A stretch of 64,000 bases of DNA, taken from Raillietiella orientalis. Lineage: Eukaryota. The notes beneath the pieces were generated by a model that did no database searches, was not told the DNA's origin, and saw only the letters and a program-made list of their open reading frames with translations. Location of the stretch: contig JAYWIR010000011.1 in assembly GCA_036172245.1 (NCBI GenBank), positions 434,001 through 498,000 on the forward strand. The letters run 5' to 3'. A program made the translations under genes and the position numbers. Positions 1 to 12,900 of this stretch are shown here, piece by piece; position 1 is the stretch's first letter; each line of letters starts with the position of its first letter.

Positions 1-63
1 CCCCCTCTGACCTCAAGGGGCGCAACGAGTCCTCTTGAGGGCAGGGGGGAGAGGATAGTACCC

Positions 64-1100
64 TCAGGAGCGTCTACCTCGTGAAGTGAGGGAGGAGGGC
101 CATCGCCGTCGGGCCGTTGGAAGTTTTCCTGAAATCCCGGAGTCTCTCTCGGGCGCCGCCTCTTTCCTGTCCTGGCTGCGCCCGTCCTGGGTGTCGGAAG
201 GGGTCTCTCTTCCAGGGAGTGGGGGCTCCGACTGAAGCTGCACCCAACCCCCAGAGGGGATTCCGTCCACGGACGGACCGGCGGCCAGCCCGGGAGGCGC
301 ACGCGCTGGCACCACGGTGACGGCACCCCGAGCGCATCCGAGGGTGGGACGTCGTCCCCGGGAGTCGAAGGGCTTCCCTTTAGCCCAGAGGATGCACCAC
401 TCTCTCCGGACTGCGGTACGGGCCCCCTTTCTCCGCGTTCCACCTGTCCTGAGTGCACTTGCAGGCGGGTCCCTCTGCAAGGGCACTCGGGACCTCCCGG
501 ACGATGAGGGCTTCTGCTCTCGCGCCCTCTGGCAAGGGGCCACTTGCTTCCTTTTACTGGGACGGGGTCGCGTCTCCACCCCCTTCTTCCGCGACCTCGG
601 AAGGAGGGTCTGCGCACCCTCTGGGTCATTGCGCGCAGCGACACGCTCCCGGCCGAGCAGCGCGCACAGAACGTGCCAGTGCGCCACCGAGGGTCGATCA
701 GCCGCGCACATGCGCCGGCGCCACACCCCCTGGAGCGATATCGGGCGTCGCCACGGGATGTCGGCGGGACCGGAGCAGACCGCTGCACCCCCCTCCCCCT
801 TCAGGAGCTCCCTGTCGTAGTCGCCTTGCGCTGTGACCATCCTCGCCCCCACCGAGGGGATACGAGTAAAGCAACGGCCCCTCTGCAGGAGCAGGAGGGG
901 ACAGACGCTTCCAGGATAGACCCGAGCTCCGTCTAGGATCTTCCCTTCGTCCCCCTGCCCTCCCAGAAAACAGGCGCCGCCAGTGAAGGGGACGCCACCC
1001 GGGAAGGGCATCCTCACTGTTCTCGGAGGAGTCAGCGAAACCTCGAGGGTGGGGTGTGTGGGGTAGCTCCACGTCACCCCTTTGCTCTGCTGCTGGCCTA
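64..1100 (-). mobile_element. Heavily decayed L1/Tx1-like AP-endonuclease relic
   Basis: ORF 64..1437 carries degenerate APE-like motifs in roughly the expected order: GGVPF, DEGKILD, SVCP, RMVTAQGDYD (~GDFN), FDSRGRRP, TPSD, SGKLP (~WKLN). Resemblance judged by eye only. Confidence 0.4.
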
Positions 1101-3449
1101 TCGGGCGCGCGTCCTGAGATGCCACGTCCACAAAGCATCGACAACCCTCCGGAACACTGCGTCCGGCTCCGCCTCCCGGGGTGGGGGATAGGGGAGACGG
1201 CCGCGTGCGTCTTGTGACCCTTCCCGCGCACCCCCCTCGCCTCCGTTTCTGCGCCCGGAGGTGGAGCGAGCTAAGATCACCGGCGGCATTCCAGGGGATA
1301 GGAGCGAGAGAGGAGGTCGGAGAGGTGCTCCCCGCTCCGCCTCTTCCCTTCCTCCAGGACTTCCCCCCACCCCCATACAGGGAGCGGCCCGCGAACAGGA
1401 GTGGGAGGACAAAGCACAGGGAAGGCGTCTCAAGCACCCCACCCCCTTCTTTCCCGGGTGGGCGTCCCGTCCCTCTTCCTGGCGAGGGACGCTCTCAGAG
1501 GCTTCCCTCGGAGGTGGGAATGCCGCTGACCCTCGAGGGATCACGGCACGCGCGCGGACTTGGGGAGGGTAAAGGGCACTTCTTCTTCACTGGAACCCCT
1601 CGCGAGGGCACTTGTAGCACCCGGAAGGGGCAACGCTCCCCCGCTGCTTGCTCTCTTGCGCTGCCACCCCGCCATGGGCGTTACCCGTATCAACCGCCCA
1701 CGAGGGGAGGGTGGGGCAGGAATCGCAGCGGCATATGGGGATTCGCGAGAGGGGCCGCATGCCAGACGGGAGGCGCTCGCTCGTTCCTCTCCTCCCCCTC
1801 ACCCGCCCCCGCTCCTTTCCCTTCCTTCCTGCTTTCCTCGAGCTCCGTTCGTCGCGGCAGAGACCGCGCTCCTCGACTGGATCTCCATGACGATCCCCTC
1901 CCCTTCCCGGTGTAGGAACAACTTCATCTAGTCCTGCCCTTGCCCCTTGCCCCGGGCGCACGTGCGCGCGGGAGCCCCGTCCCCTCCGAGGCGACCCTCG
2001 ATCGCCGCCTTGCGTGAGCGCGCCGCTCCAACGTCCATTCGGCAGCGCCTCTTCCGGGATTTCGAGGGAAGCAGCGCGAGGGACGCCTTTCCTCCGTCCA
2101 TTCCCCGCCCCGTTCCTTTTCCCTCTCCCGCGTGTCCTCTCCGAGGCTCGGGAGCTCCGAAAATGGGAAAAGGCAGGGGAAGGAGGGAGGGAGGGGAGGG
2201 GGGAACGCTCCCCGCCTCTTCCAGGAGCGCAGAGGGAGGAGGAGACGAGGGGAGGTGCCCTTGGCAACGGCGGCGGTTGGCTTTTTTTTTTTTTTTTTCC
2301 CGCATCCCCCCCCCCTTCTTCCTTCCTTGCTTTTCCTCCTCCCGTTTTTCTCATCCTCGCCCTTCCTTGGCAATGGTATGGAGGCGCAGGAACGACGGAG
2401 AATGCGCGTGCGCGGCTTCCGTCGCTGGCCGCCCCCGGCCCCTCCTTCTCCCGCCCATCCGCCGCAAGTCCTGGGCGCTTCGTCACGGGAACGAAGGAGA
2501 AGGGAGGAGGAGGGTCCTCGCGCACGCCCGCTTACGTCGCGTTGCCACGGCGACGGAAGGCGGTGACCAGAGGAGAAGGGAAGGAAGGGAGGATCCGAAG
2601 CCACCCAATTCCCTCACCCCCACTCCCCCTTTTTTTCTTCTTTTTTTCACCACTCCCGACTCCCGGTCTCCTTGACGACGGCGGACGCAGTCCTCTCTCA
2701 CTGCAGCCGCCTTAGCTGCCCACGACGCCCGGGCTGGGGAGCAGTGGCGCTCGCTTGCACCCGGCCGTTGCCACGTAAATGCGCGAGCGAGAGGCACGCC
2801 CCCCTCCCCCCTTCCTTTCTCTCCTCAGTCCCCGCTCCTGCGGGCTGCGAAGAGCCGCTCGCTGCCTTCGACGCAGGACCGACGACGCTCGGTGAGAGGA
2901 GGCGGCGTCCGTCCAAGTTGGGAAGGGACGCCTCCCGCTGGCTGGCTGGCTGCCTGCCAGCCTGCAGGAGCGCCCCTCGCGGCTTGCGGCGAAAACGCTT
3001 CCCGGGGGCGGAGTCGGCAGTCCGGAGGTTGGCCGAGGGGGAGAGGGGGGAGAGGAAAGGAAAGAAGGAACACTTTCCTCCTCATCCGCACCCTCGCGTC
3101 CGTTCTCCTCCCTTTCTTCCTCACGCCCGTTTTCCTCGGAGCAGTCTCCGTACCCTCGAGGCGCGCTCGGGGAAGCCCTAGGGCGATCAGGCCGCCGTTC
3201 CCTCCACGAAGGAAGACTTCCCCACCCGGAAAAGAGAGCATCTGTTCTCCTCGGAACCTGGAGGTTCTCCGTGGGCCCCAGGCAGCCCGCGACCGTGTCC
3301 TGGAGGTCGTGCGCGTGCGCCCTTTTTGCTTTGCGTTTTGTTTCGGTTCGCCCCGCGCCTCCGTATGCGTCTGCTCGCTCGCTCTCCCCCGCGACCAGCA
3401 CCATCTCGCGAGGATCCGAAAAAGCGCTTCCGCTGCCGTCGCTACGAGG

Positions 3450-3924
3450 GCGCATGCGCCCTCCCGCTTCGTTTCGCTTCGGGCAGGCGCGTCCCTGCCG
3501 CCGGCGCCGTTAAGCAGCAGGGACGACCTCGATGGCAGCCCCCTCGAGGAAAAGGAGGGAGGAGGGAGGGGGCTGCCTCTGCCGCCGCCGCCGCCGCCGC
3601 CGCCGCCGCACGACGACCTCCCGCTGCCGTCGGATCGGAAGCGCCGCTGCGATCCTCCCAGCGGTGCTTCCGATGACGCGCCGTTCCTCCGCAACCAATG
3701 GCCGCGCTCGCACGCGGCGCACGCCAACCGCCGCGTCCTCCTCCTCGGCCCGTTGCTCACTCCGCTTATCGATTTCTTTGCGCCAGGAGGAAGATGGGGA
3801 GGGGGAGGGAGAGAGTGGGAACGAAAGGGAGTCAGGGAAGGAGGGAGGGAGGGAAAGAGCGCGTCCGGACGGAAAAGTGAAAACGCGCGAGCTCCGGGAC
3901 CTGCGGGGCGGCAAGTCACGTGAC
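3450..3924. promoter_or_regulatory. CpG-rich promoter/enhancer-like motif cluster
   Basis: GCGCATGCGC (NRF1/Ewg-type) at 3450..3459, CCAAT near 3695, and the perfect E-box palindrome GTCACGTGAC at 3915..3924, surrounding a (GCC)9 tract. Confidence 0.4.
3581..3607 (+). repeat. (GCC)9 trinucleotide microsatellite
   Basis: Read directly from the sequence. Confidence 0.95.
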
Positions 3925-5199
3925 ACCTCCCACTGCCGAGAGATCGCACGATGCGGCGGCGGGGGTTGCGCAGAAGAGAAGGAGGAGGGGGGGGGTCGGC
4001 TCCTCGCCGGGACCCAGAGCTGCGTCTCGTCCCGCTCACTCCGATCCCACCCCACTTCGACACCACTTTTCCGTCCAGGCGCCCTTCCCGCGAAGGGAGC
4101 TGCGGCCGGGGCGCCTCTGGCGGACGGACGGGAAGTCCTCCCAGATGTTGCCTCGCAGCCATCCCGGGCGTTCTCGTTCCGCTACCTCGCGGCAGGGAAG
4201 ACTCCCGGGAAAGGGCGGGAAGGAGGCACCTGTTGGGGCGGAGTGGAGGAAACTTGGGGAAGCGCTACCGGAGGGAGCTGCTCCGTAGGGAGGGGAGGAC
4301 GACGGGACCCTCAAGACTAGATGGAGTAAGGGAGAAGGGGTAGAAGGGGGAGGTGCGACTGGAGGGCATGAGATGGACAGTGGAGGAGGGAGCGCGCACG
4401 AACAGCACTCTTGCCGTTGCTCCCACGCATCCCTGGCTCCATTTCTCCCTATTCCCATCCTGGGAAGGGAGGTTGCCACACTTAGCCCTCTCGAGAGACC
4501 ACCTTTCCTTTCTCCCGCCCTCCCTGCCAGGGGCATGCTCCAGGGCGCCCACCTTTCGGCTCCGCGCCCTTCCAGCAAGGCCCAAGGGTTCACAGGGGGC
4601 ACGTCCCTCCCTTCTCCCCCGGAAGGGACCTCGTCGGAGACGCAAGGGGGAGCTACGACGCAATCCTGAAACGGCGCAGGGAGGGGTGTGACGCCACCCC
4701 AGGGGAGCTCCTCGGGCAGCCTTTTCCTTGGGCGTGACAGCGGTTGTTGCGGCTGTGCAGTGGTCGGTCGCAGGCCGGGACCCGGGCCACCAACCGCTGC
4801 GACCAGGCCAGAGGGAGGAGGATGGGGCCAAGGTGCCGCGGCAGCGGAACCCTTCCGCTCCCCCTAGCGGCGGCGCCGGGGCACTCAGCTCCCCACCTTT
4901 CCTCCCGGCGATGCGAAGGAGCTGAGGGCAGGGGTCGCCGCTCGGTCGGGACGCTCCCGGGCGTTCCCCTTGGGGTCAGGTGAAGACCGTATCTGGGCCG
5001 TTGGAGGGCGCGTGTGGGGGAGGGAAGAGAACGGAGGCCTCTCAAGGGATCCCCAGCTCGAAAAAAGGGATCGGGCGAGGACCAGCCCGAAGACTCCCAC
5101 CTCTGCCCGCTCTCATGCGCCTCCGGCAAGGTTGACCTGACACTGCCAGGCCAACCTGCTGCCAGGAAAGTCTGCTCCCGCGGCACCAGGGAGGAAACT

Positions 5200-5900
5200 G
5201 CGGGGAGATCACCCTTCCCCGACTCCCGCCGGTCCAGGGGCGGCTGCACCCCAGCTTCAGGGCTTCCGACGACCAGGGTGTCTGAGGTCTTCCCCGAAAT
5301 TTCCTGGGGAGCTGCCCTCGGAGGGAAGACCTCGAGCGGGAAAGTCTCAACCCGAAGACCCGGGACGGGGAGGAGAACGCACTCCCCGCAGCACCCCTGC
5401 AGCAGCCTCTCTGAGATCCACCAGGGAGGGGGGGCAGCGCGGTGCCGTCCCATCAGGTCCCCTCCCGAAGACGAAGCTACGTCTTGCCGAGGGTGCGATC
5501 GCCCCTGGAGACCCCGCCCTCACCTCCTTAAGCGGCGGCGCTCCTCGGGAAGGGCCGCTGCTGCCGCCGCCCGGACCCGACCGCGTGCGCAGCTCCTCGC
5601 GCGCCACTTTTGCTGGCGGAGCCCCGCGCGAGGTGGGGTCCGTGAGATAGTTCGGGGGGAGGGACAGCTGCAAGGTTGCTGGAGGGGCTGACCTCGCAGC
5701 CGAGTGCTACGGAAGGTCCGCCGATCGCGCGAGAGGCCGGGATCGGGCCGGCCACTGGTTTCCAGGATTCCGTGGGGCCTGGTCTGCCCCGGTCAGCGAG
5801 GTCGGTGGCGGCTCGTAGCGGATGGGCACGGACACTCTGCTGCCGCTGCTGGTCCTGAGGGGTCGCCGGTCCGGAGGCTGGAGCGCGCGCCCACGGGAGA
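5200..5900 (+). mobile_element. Decayed L1/Tx1-like reverse transcriptase relic
   Basis: Ordered, frameshifted degenerate RT motifs: TPASGLPT..EVFP (~SPGPDGxPxEF), RCRPIRS (~YRPISL), HFCWRS (~QxGFxxGRS), GFQD, DTLLPLLV (~QGDPLSPLLF). Confidence 0.45.
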
Positions 5901-6873
5901 GGAAGGAGAGTCTCCTTCCCCCGCAGCCAAGGATGGGCGCGGTGAGTTCCCCCCCGTCCCTCTCCAGATTCGTGTCGGATGCCGGAAGTGCCTGCAGCGC
6001 AGCCCTGGCGGTCTCCTCCCTAGCTGCAGCAACAGCCTCGGCCGATCGCGCTCTCGCGGGCGCCACCGCCTCCTCGACTCGACTCACCTCCGCCGTGGCG
6101 GGCCCTCGCGCGAGGTCGCTCCTTCAGGCTGCGCGCGTGGCGCGGAGAAGGCCAAAGAAAGTTGCGCGCGGCGTTGACTCATCTCGATGACCTCAGGGGC
6201 AAAAGTCAACACAGCTCCTGGCGCGACCGCGGCGGTGAGGAGGCGGTGCGCGCGACACGCCACCCGGATCCGCTCTTTGGCTGCGCGCCGCCAACGGCGC
6301 GCTCCTGCGGAAGAAGGGGGGAGGGGAGGATCAAAATGACCAGCCGCCGCCATCTTGAGGCTGCCGTCATCGGCGCGGAGCTTTCCTGTCGGAGGTCATT
6401 GCAGGTGCGTGGTGGAAGAGACGACGCCTCGGAGCCACAGAAGAAAAAAATTCATGGCCGCCGCAGGAAAAGAAGCGCACCAGGAAAGGGCGCTCCGGTA
6501 GGCGGCGGTGGCGACCACCACCATCCCTCTAAGCGGGAAGGCGCGTGATCCCGTTCCGGTCTCGCGTGAACTTTGCGACGCTCGTTGGGGATGCAAGGCA
6601 GAGCCGGCCCCACCTCGCCGAGAGGGTTTTTTTTCTCCCCGCTCGCACACCATGAGGACGATGAGTTGCCCTGAGGCGACGCCGCCGCGTCGCTTCCCCT
6701 CGGCTCCGCCCTGACGACGGTCGTCGGACGTGGCTTCCAGCTTCCAGCCTGCCGTCGGCTCCGACTGCGCGAGGACGGCCGGAAGCGCGTGGGATCGGCG
6801 GGCTACGCACCTGTGCGCGCGCCTGTTGGCGATGACGTTTTCGCGACCTCGACGAGGACGCGGCTTTGCGCGG

Positions 6874-6904
<31 letters not shown>

Positions 6905-9900
6905 CCTAAGGGTTCGTTTGGCCGTCGACCGCTAGAGGACCGTGGCGAGCGTGAGGTGGCCTACGGAGGGGGCGAGCAGCTGGGACCACCGGAGCACCCT
7001 GAACCCTGCCGCTGCAGCCCGAGGCGAGGCGAGACGGCAGCGGTTGCCGTCGAGTGATTGCCGCCGCCTTCGAACCCTTTCCTCGCGACCTAGGATGTCC
7101 TCGCAGCTCCGTTCCGTCGGGAGCAGCAGCAGGCGTGACCCGAACGACCTCCCCAGCGCCACAGCGAAGACGAGCTCCGCTTCCCGACAGCTCAGTCGCT
7201 ACCGCCACCGCAGGCGTGAGCGCCCCACTCGTTCGGCGTTCGTCGGCAGAGGCGGACGAGGGCGCATGCGCACTCGGGGCTCCCCGTCGCTCCGAGATGT
7301 CGCCGTCGATCGTCGGCCGCGCGCGCGCATGCGCGCGATCTCCGGTTGCGTGCGCTCGCTTGTCACGGTCACTCGGCAGTCGCGGGGAGAAGCCCGTCGG
7401 GTTAGTGATGTTGTGTCGTACCTGCTGCTGGCGTCTCGCGGTCACCCCTGCACGAAGACCAGGGGAGGAGGAGAGCCAGACAGAATTCCTGGCTTGCGTT
7501 CCCTCCCCGCCTCCTCCTCCCCTTCCCGAAGGCCCTGGCAGAGTGGACCACGACCGCGCGAGCGTGTCGAAATCGCGTGCCGCGCCTGAATAATCAGATG
7601 GTGCTGCTGCTACGCGCGGCCCACGCCCACGGGGCTCGGGTGCACACATCCGCGGCTGAGGGTCAAGCAGCGACCACAGGCAAAGCAAACTGAGGCGCGG
7701 GGGGGAGGAGGGGGCGAAAGCTGGAGGTGCCTGGCCTCTGCGTCCGTCCGCGAAGGCACTCGTCAGCTGTCAGCGGGAGGAAAGGGAAGCTGCGCGCACA
7801 AGTCCTCCCAGTTCCACGAGGAACGAGGCGCTGTTATCTGGCGTTCTCGTCTCACCCCTAGCAACCTTTCTTTCTCTCCCTCCCTTTTTATTGCGTTTTT
7901 CGCCACGTAGTTCGCAATGGACGGGAAGGGAGGGATCGGGAGAAGGCGGGTGCGACCGTCAGGAAGAGGAGAAACGCAGCAGCTGACGAACGAACATCAG
8001 CTGGTCCAGCCGGCGTCCATTCGCACGGATGCTGCGGCGCGGCCCGCTGCGGGCATCCGTGGGTTCTTGCCCCTTAGCGGAAAGCAGCAGCTCTGCGTCG
8101 CCTCGGAGCCGGCGGCGCGCGCGCGCGCATTACTGGAACCCGAGACGAGTCAACTGGAGGAACCTCGGGCGACGGACGTCATCCGTGCCGAATGGTGTGC
8201 TCTTTCGTCACGCGCCGTTTCGAGTAGTGACGTCAGGGAGGGCGCCACGTGGCGCGCTCGTCCGAGCGTCCCCGCGATCCTCCATCAGCAGCGGGTTGCG
8301 TAGCAACGCAAAAAACCTGGGGAGTGGGAAGGGAAGGGGGAAATCCTTTGAAGGAAAAACAGAAAAAAGGAGGAGAAAAGCGATGGAGAGTCCTGGAACA
8401 TCCGCGTGAGGTCCTTGGGAAGTGGGTGAGGAGCGGTGAAGCGAACGAACCCCATGTCGCTGGGGGGAACGCGGGGAAGGGTCGAGGGTCTACCTCAGTA
8501 TCAGACTGCGACCCTCTTCGTCGAACGGTGCTCAGCGTGTCGCTCTCGGTCCCGACGAAGGAAAGGAAGGGGGGAGAACGGCGAGGCGCGGGAAAGCGGT
8601 GGCAGGAGGAGGCGAACCGCTGAACCCTCCCGTGGGGCGCCTCGGGGAACATCCAGCCCCCGCTCGAGGAGGGACGCGATCTGCCCTAAAGGGATTCGGG
8701 ATGGAGGGAGGGTTCCACTGGAGCCCCGGATCTTTCCAGTCGCCCCTCCTCCCAACCTCGCGGATGGCGAGGTCAGCGAAGGACCATCTCCCTTCTCCGG
8801 TTCTCTCTGAAGCGGTCCAGCCAGTCTCGACCCTTGCCCTTCCTTCCTCCTTCCCGCGACGAATTGCGCGTCCCTGCCCCCGCCGACCTCTCGTGGTCTT
8901 CCCGAGCTGATGGGAGTAAAGTTCTCAGCGACGTCGCCCCCTCTCAGCCGGCCTCCTCCCAGCAGCAGCAGCAGCAGACTCCCGCGGGCATAGAGGAGTC
9001 CAGCGCCGGAGCGGAAGGAATCCAGGAGACAGCGCCTGGAGGGGGGGAGGGGGGTACGCTGGGGCGCGAGCGCCCACGAGGGAGGAAGGAAAGAAGGATG
9101 GTTGCTCGGGGGGCGTGCGCGTGTGTCGGAATGACGTCACCGTGATTTCGCGCGCGCATGGCGCCTTCCTTCCAGGAACCTGGAGCGTCTGCCTTGCCGG
9201 ATGGGCTCGATGTCTCGGGGGTGCTTGCTGCCATGTGCCCGCTGCATTGTGACCACCAGCAACAAGGGGAAGCGGACAAGGGAAGGTCCGCGCATGGCGA
9301 CTGCGCCGCGGCTCCGCCGCTGGCGGGGAAGGAGGAGAGAAGGGGAGTAAGGGCGAGGCAGCTCGCTGCGCATGCGCCCGCGAGCGAGGACGGGAGACTT
9401 CCTCAGGATGGGGAGCGACGAGGGGGACGGTTCGTTCCCGGAAGCAGGATGGGACGTCTGAGGGCATCTGCCACCGGGAGTCCCGGGTGCCTTTCGATTC
9501 CCCCTTTGCAGGGCTGGGGTCGCAGATGTCGAAGGGTCGGTTTGAATCCGGGCGTGGTCCGGAAGGGACAAACGGCCAGAACCTCGGCAATGTGGGCGCA
9601 TAGGCAGGTCGCTGAGACGGAAGGGAGGGGTGGCAGCCGACACCGGGAGCACCGCTTTCGACCTCAGCGAAAGGAGGGAAGGGGCCGTCCTTCAGTGAGG
9701 GCAGGCGGCCCAACTTGGGATCGTTGCCAAGCAACTCCGTTGGCGCGGAGCCGACGGCCATCCGGCGGGCGCAGTAATGTGCAGCCCTGGGTACGCGGAA
9801 GTCCAGGTGACCCTCGGACGATCTGTCCGTGTCCACTGGGGTGGGGCTCCGGTTGCGGAGGACGCTTCTCAGCCCGGCCCCATCCTTCCCCTCTGCTCGT

Positions 9901-12900
9901 TAGGAGGGGCCTCTCCCGTCGACCGGGTTTCAGCTGCCCCGCGGTGGAGCGGGGGCAGCTCTTTTGTCCGCTCTCCTTGGCGACCTCGCGGCTCCGAGGG
10001 GAGTCACTCACGCGGCGCTTCCGTGATCTCCTGGGTGCAGGCGAGCGCTTCCGGACAAGGCCGAGACGCCCCCCAATATCTCCGGCCCACACAGGGTCGG
10101 GCACTTGGGCCCGCTCGCTTGGATCGCGGCGTCCGGATGTCTTCACGGAAACGAGCGCTCTTGCTTCTTGCTTTCTGTGCTTCCAGGCGAAAGTGAAGAA
10201 AGGCGGATTAGGAGGAGGAGTCTAGGCGGAGAGGATCCCCCTCTCCCACCCACCCCGTCTGCCTCAGGCTTTCCTCCGCAGGCCGCGCAGCAGGGAGGGA
10301 GGCAAAGAGTAGGGGTGCCGATCAAAGATGGCTGCCGCATCCCCTCGGCTCGTTGCGCCTGACCGGGAGACCGCATTTCGTGCGAATCGGGAAGGGGGAT
10401 AACGAGCGGTGGCGATCCGGTGTCATCGGGACGAGAAGAGGTTAAACAGTCGCTGGGGGAACCCTCGCCGTGACGATGCGCCTCCGGTACCGACGGCAGC
10501 GCCTCCCTCGGACTCCTCGGAAAGCTTACGGAAAGGAAGAGCGGAGCCCGTCAGGGGAAGAAGGGGAGGCTTCCCTTTGCTCTTCGGCCGCTAGCACGCT
10601 GGGGGCCGCGGGAGCCTCGAGTGCGTCCACTCTCCCAACCTGCTAGAGTGCCACCCGCACGACTGCAGTCGATAGCCGCGCCGCCCTCTGGCGCACCCTC
10701 GAAGCTCAGCTGCTCGCTCCGCAGATCCCTGAGGGAAGAGGGACCCCAAAGGATCCCTTCCCCGGCCCTGGTGTCTTCCTGGCCTCCAGTGGCTAACATG
10801 AGTGCCGTGAGCGCCTGGAGCCGTGCGCCACAGAAACAGCGCCGCAACTCGCTTCGCCCCCGTGATGCGGCACCGCTGGAGGAGTCCCAAGAGACCGCCA
10901 AGAAGCGGAACCTCCGCGTGCTGGTGGACTGGAATGGAGGGAGAAGGGGTAGGGGGGGCCGTTCGGACCCCGCTGCCGATGGGAAGCATGAGGTTCCGGG
11001 CACCATCACCAGGCGCGCTGCTGCCTCCCCATCACTCCTTACCCGACTCTTCCCTTCCCGCTCCTCCACCACTGTCCCGGAAAATCCCCTCGGAAGGGTG
11101 TATGTCGGTTTATGTGTAGGTGGGAGGAGGTCAGACGGACGCGCCTCGTGTACCCCCGAGGTGGCGTCCCCGGATTGCCCGAGGCGGAGCGGTCCGTCGC
11201 GGGCCAATAGTATTAGCGTTTTTTTTTTTCTTTTTGGGGCCCTCCTCCAGCCGTCGCCACGCTGGCGCTGCGGTAGCCAGAACGAATCTTTCACAGGAGT
11301 GGGGTCCCGTGGAAGAGCATGGGCATCCCTGTCGCTGCCTCCCGCCCCGTAGTTGGCGCGCACATCGCTCCCTCCCTCTATCTGCGACGGGAAGAGGGGA
11401 GGAATGCCTGGGGGAGGCGTCCAGCGCTCTGCCTGACCGAGCTCCCCCTCGTCCTTCCCCAAACTCCAAAACTCACTCCCTCTCTCTCCCCATTCTTTTC
11501 ACCCCGTTCCTCCTACCCTTCGCCATAGTGCCTCCCTGATCGCCTCTCTGTGGCGCCGCCGCCTGGAGGCGCTGGGGCAGCCGGCGATCTCTCGGGCAGC
11601 TCTTCTCAAGAGCCGGAGTGGACGAGACGGAGAAGCTCACCTGACCCCCGGAGTGAGGTCATTTGTTTCCTCCTTGCCTTGACCGCTCAGTGCGGAGTTC
11701 CCTTTCGGGCCGGCGTCGCTCTCTTCGCCGCTCCTCTATTCAGGAGACTTCCCATGCCGCCTCCAGTCACTGAGGAAGCCGAGAGGTCGGAAGGTTATGG
11801 GAAGAGGGGCCTCTCCCATCGCGTCGTGTCCCGCCCGCCCTGCGGCTCCCCCCGGGGAGGAGGAATGCCGAGGAGGACCTGAGGCTCGTCGCCGGAGGAC
11901 GGAGTGGGGCCGACTCGGGGAAACTACGCCGAGTTACTCCACCCACTTTCTCCGGCGGAGCTGCTGGCGCCGTCGCCGGTTCCCCCATCCCCACGCTCGC
12001 GCTAACCCCAACACCGCGCTCCGCCCTCTGCTTGAGGAGGAGAGTTCGGCCCCTCGTCTGCTCGCTGCAGGGATGGCAAACGTCTCCAGGACGCCTGCCT
12101 GGTGACGCCCCCGAGCGACTTTCGACGTGGCGGGTGCGTCCCAGGCGGCAGCGCCCCGCAGGGCTCGCGTCGCCGCACGTCACTTCCGGGCAGCCGCCAC
12201 GACACCCGCGGTCCTGCGCGCTCTGGTGGTTCGGGGTTGTCAGCAGGGTGGCACGCGCGCCTCTTTCTGCGTCTGCCCTCACTTTCGCCCTCGGATGTCT
12301 TCCACAAGCTGTCCTCGATGCTCAGGAGTTCACCCCTCTGGAAACCGGGAAGAGCTTTGCTCGAGTCCTTAGGGGAGGAAAGGGCAGGGGGAGGAGGGAA
12401 AAATGGCAGCAGCGGCCCGGTCGACTGTTGCCACGCAATGGGCCGAAAGTCCCTTGGAGCTCTCGCTCCCGGCTGACTGGGAAGGGTCGAGGGGGCACGT
12501 CCGGGGTCGGAGACCGGAGAGGGGGGAGCAGCTGCGTATGGACGGGTGCCTCTCCCGGACGGAGGTCGGCGGCGTCTCCGGAGGTTCCCTCGGAAGGAAG
12601 CACCGATGTCTTCCGGGGGAGTCGAAAGGGGATCGTCCCTGGCAACCACCGTTGATAGCGCGCTCGGGATGCAGATTCCGAGGAGCCGTGTGCGGCCGTC
12701 CGGAAGCGACGAGCGTGCAGCGGGCAAAACTCGTTTCCTCGTAAACGCGGAGGGCCGTCGCCGTGTTCCCGGGAGGCGTCGCTAGGAAGAGCGCGCACCG
12801 TTCTCAGCGCCCCCGGAACCCTTTTCGCAGCATCCGGCGCTTGGTCTTCCACCCTTTCTCCGGCGGCTCTCCCAGCAGCGGGTTTCGGTCGTCCCCCACC

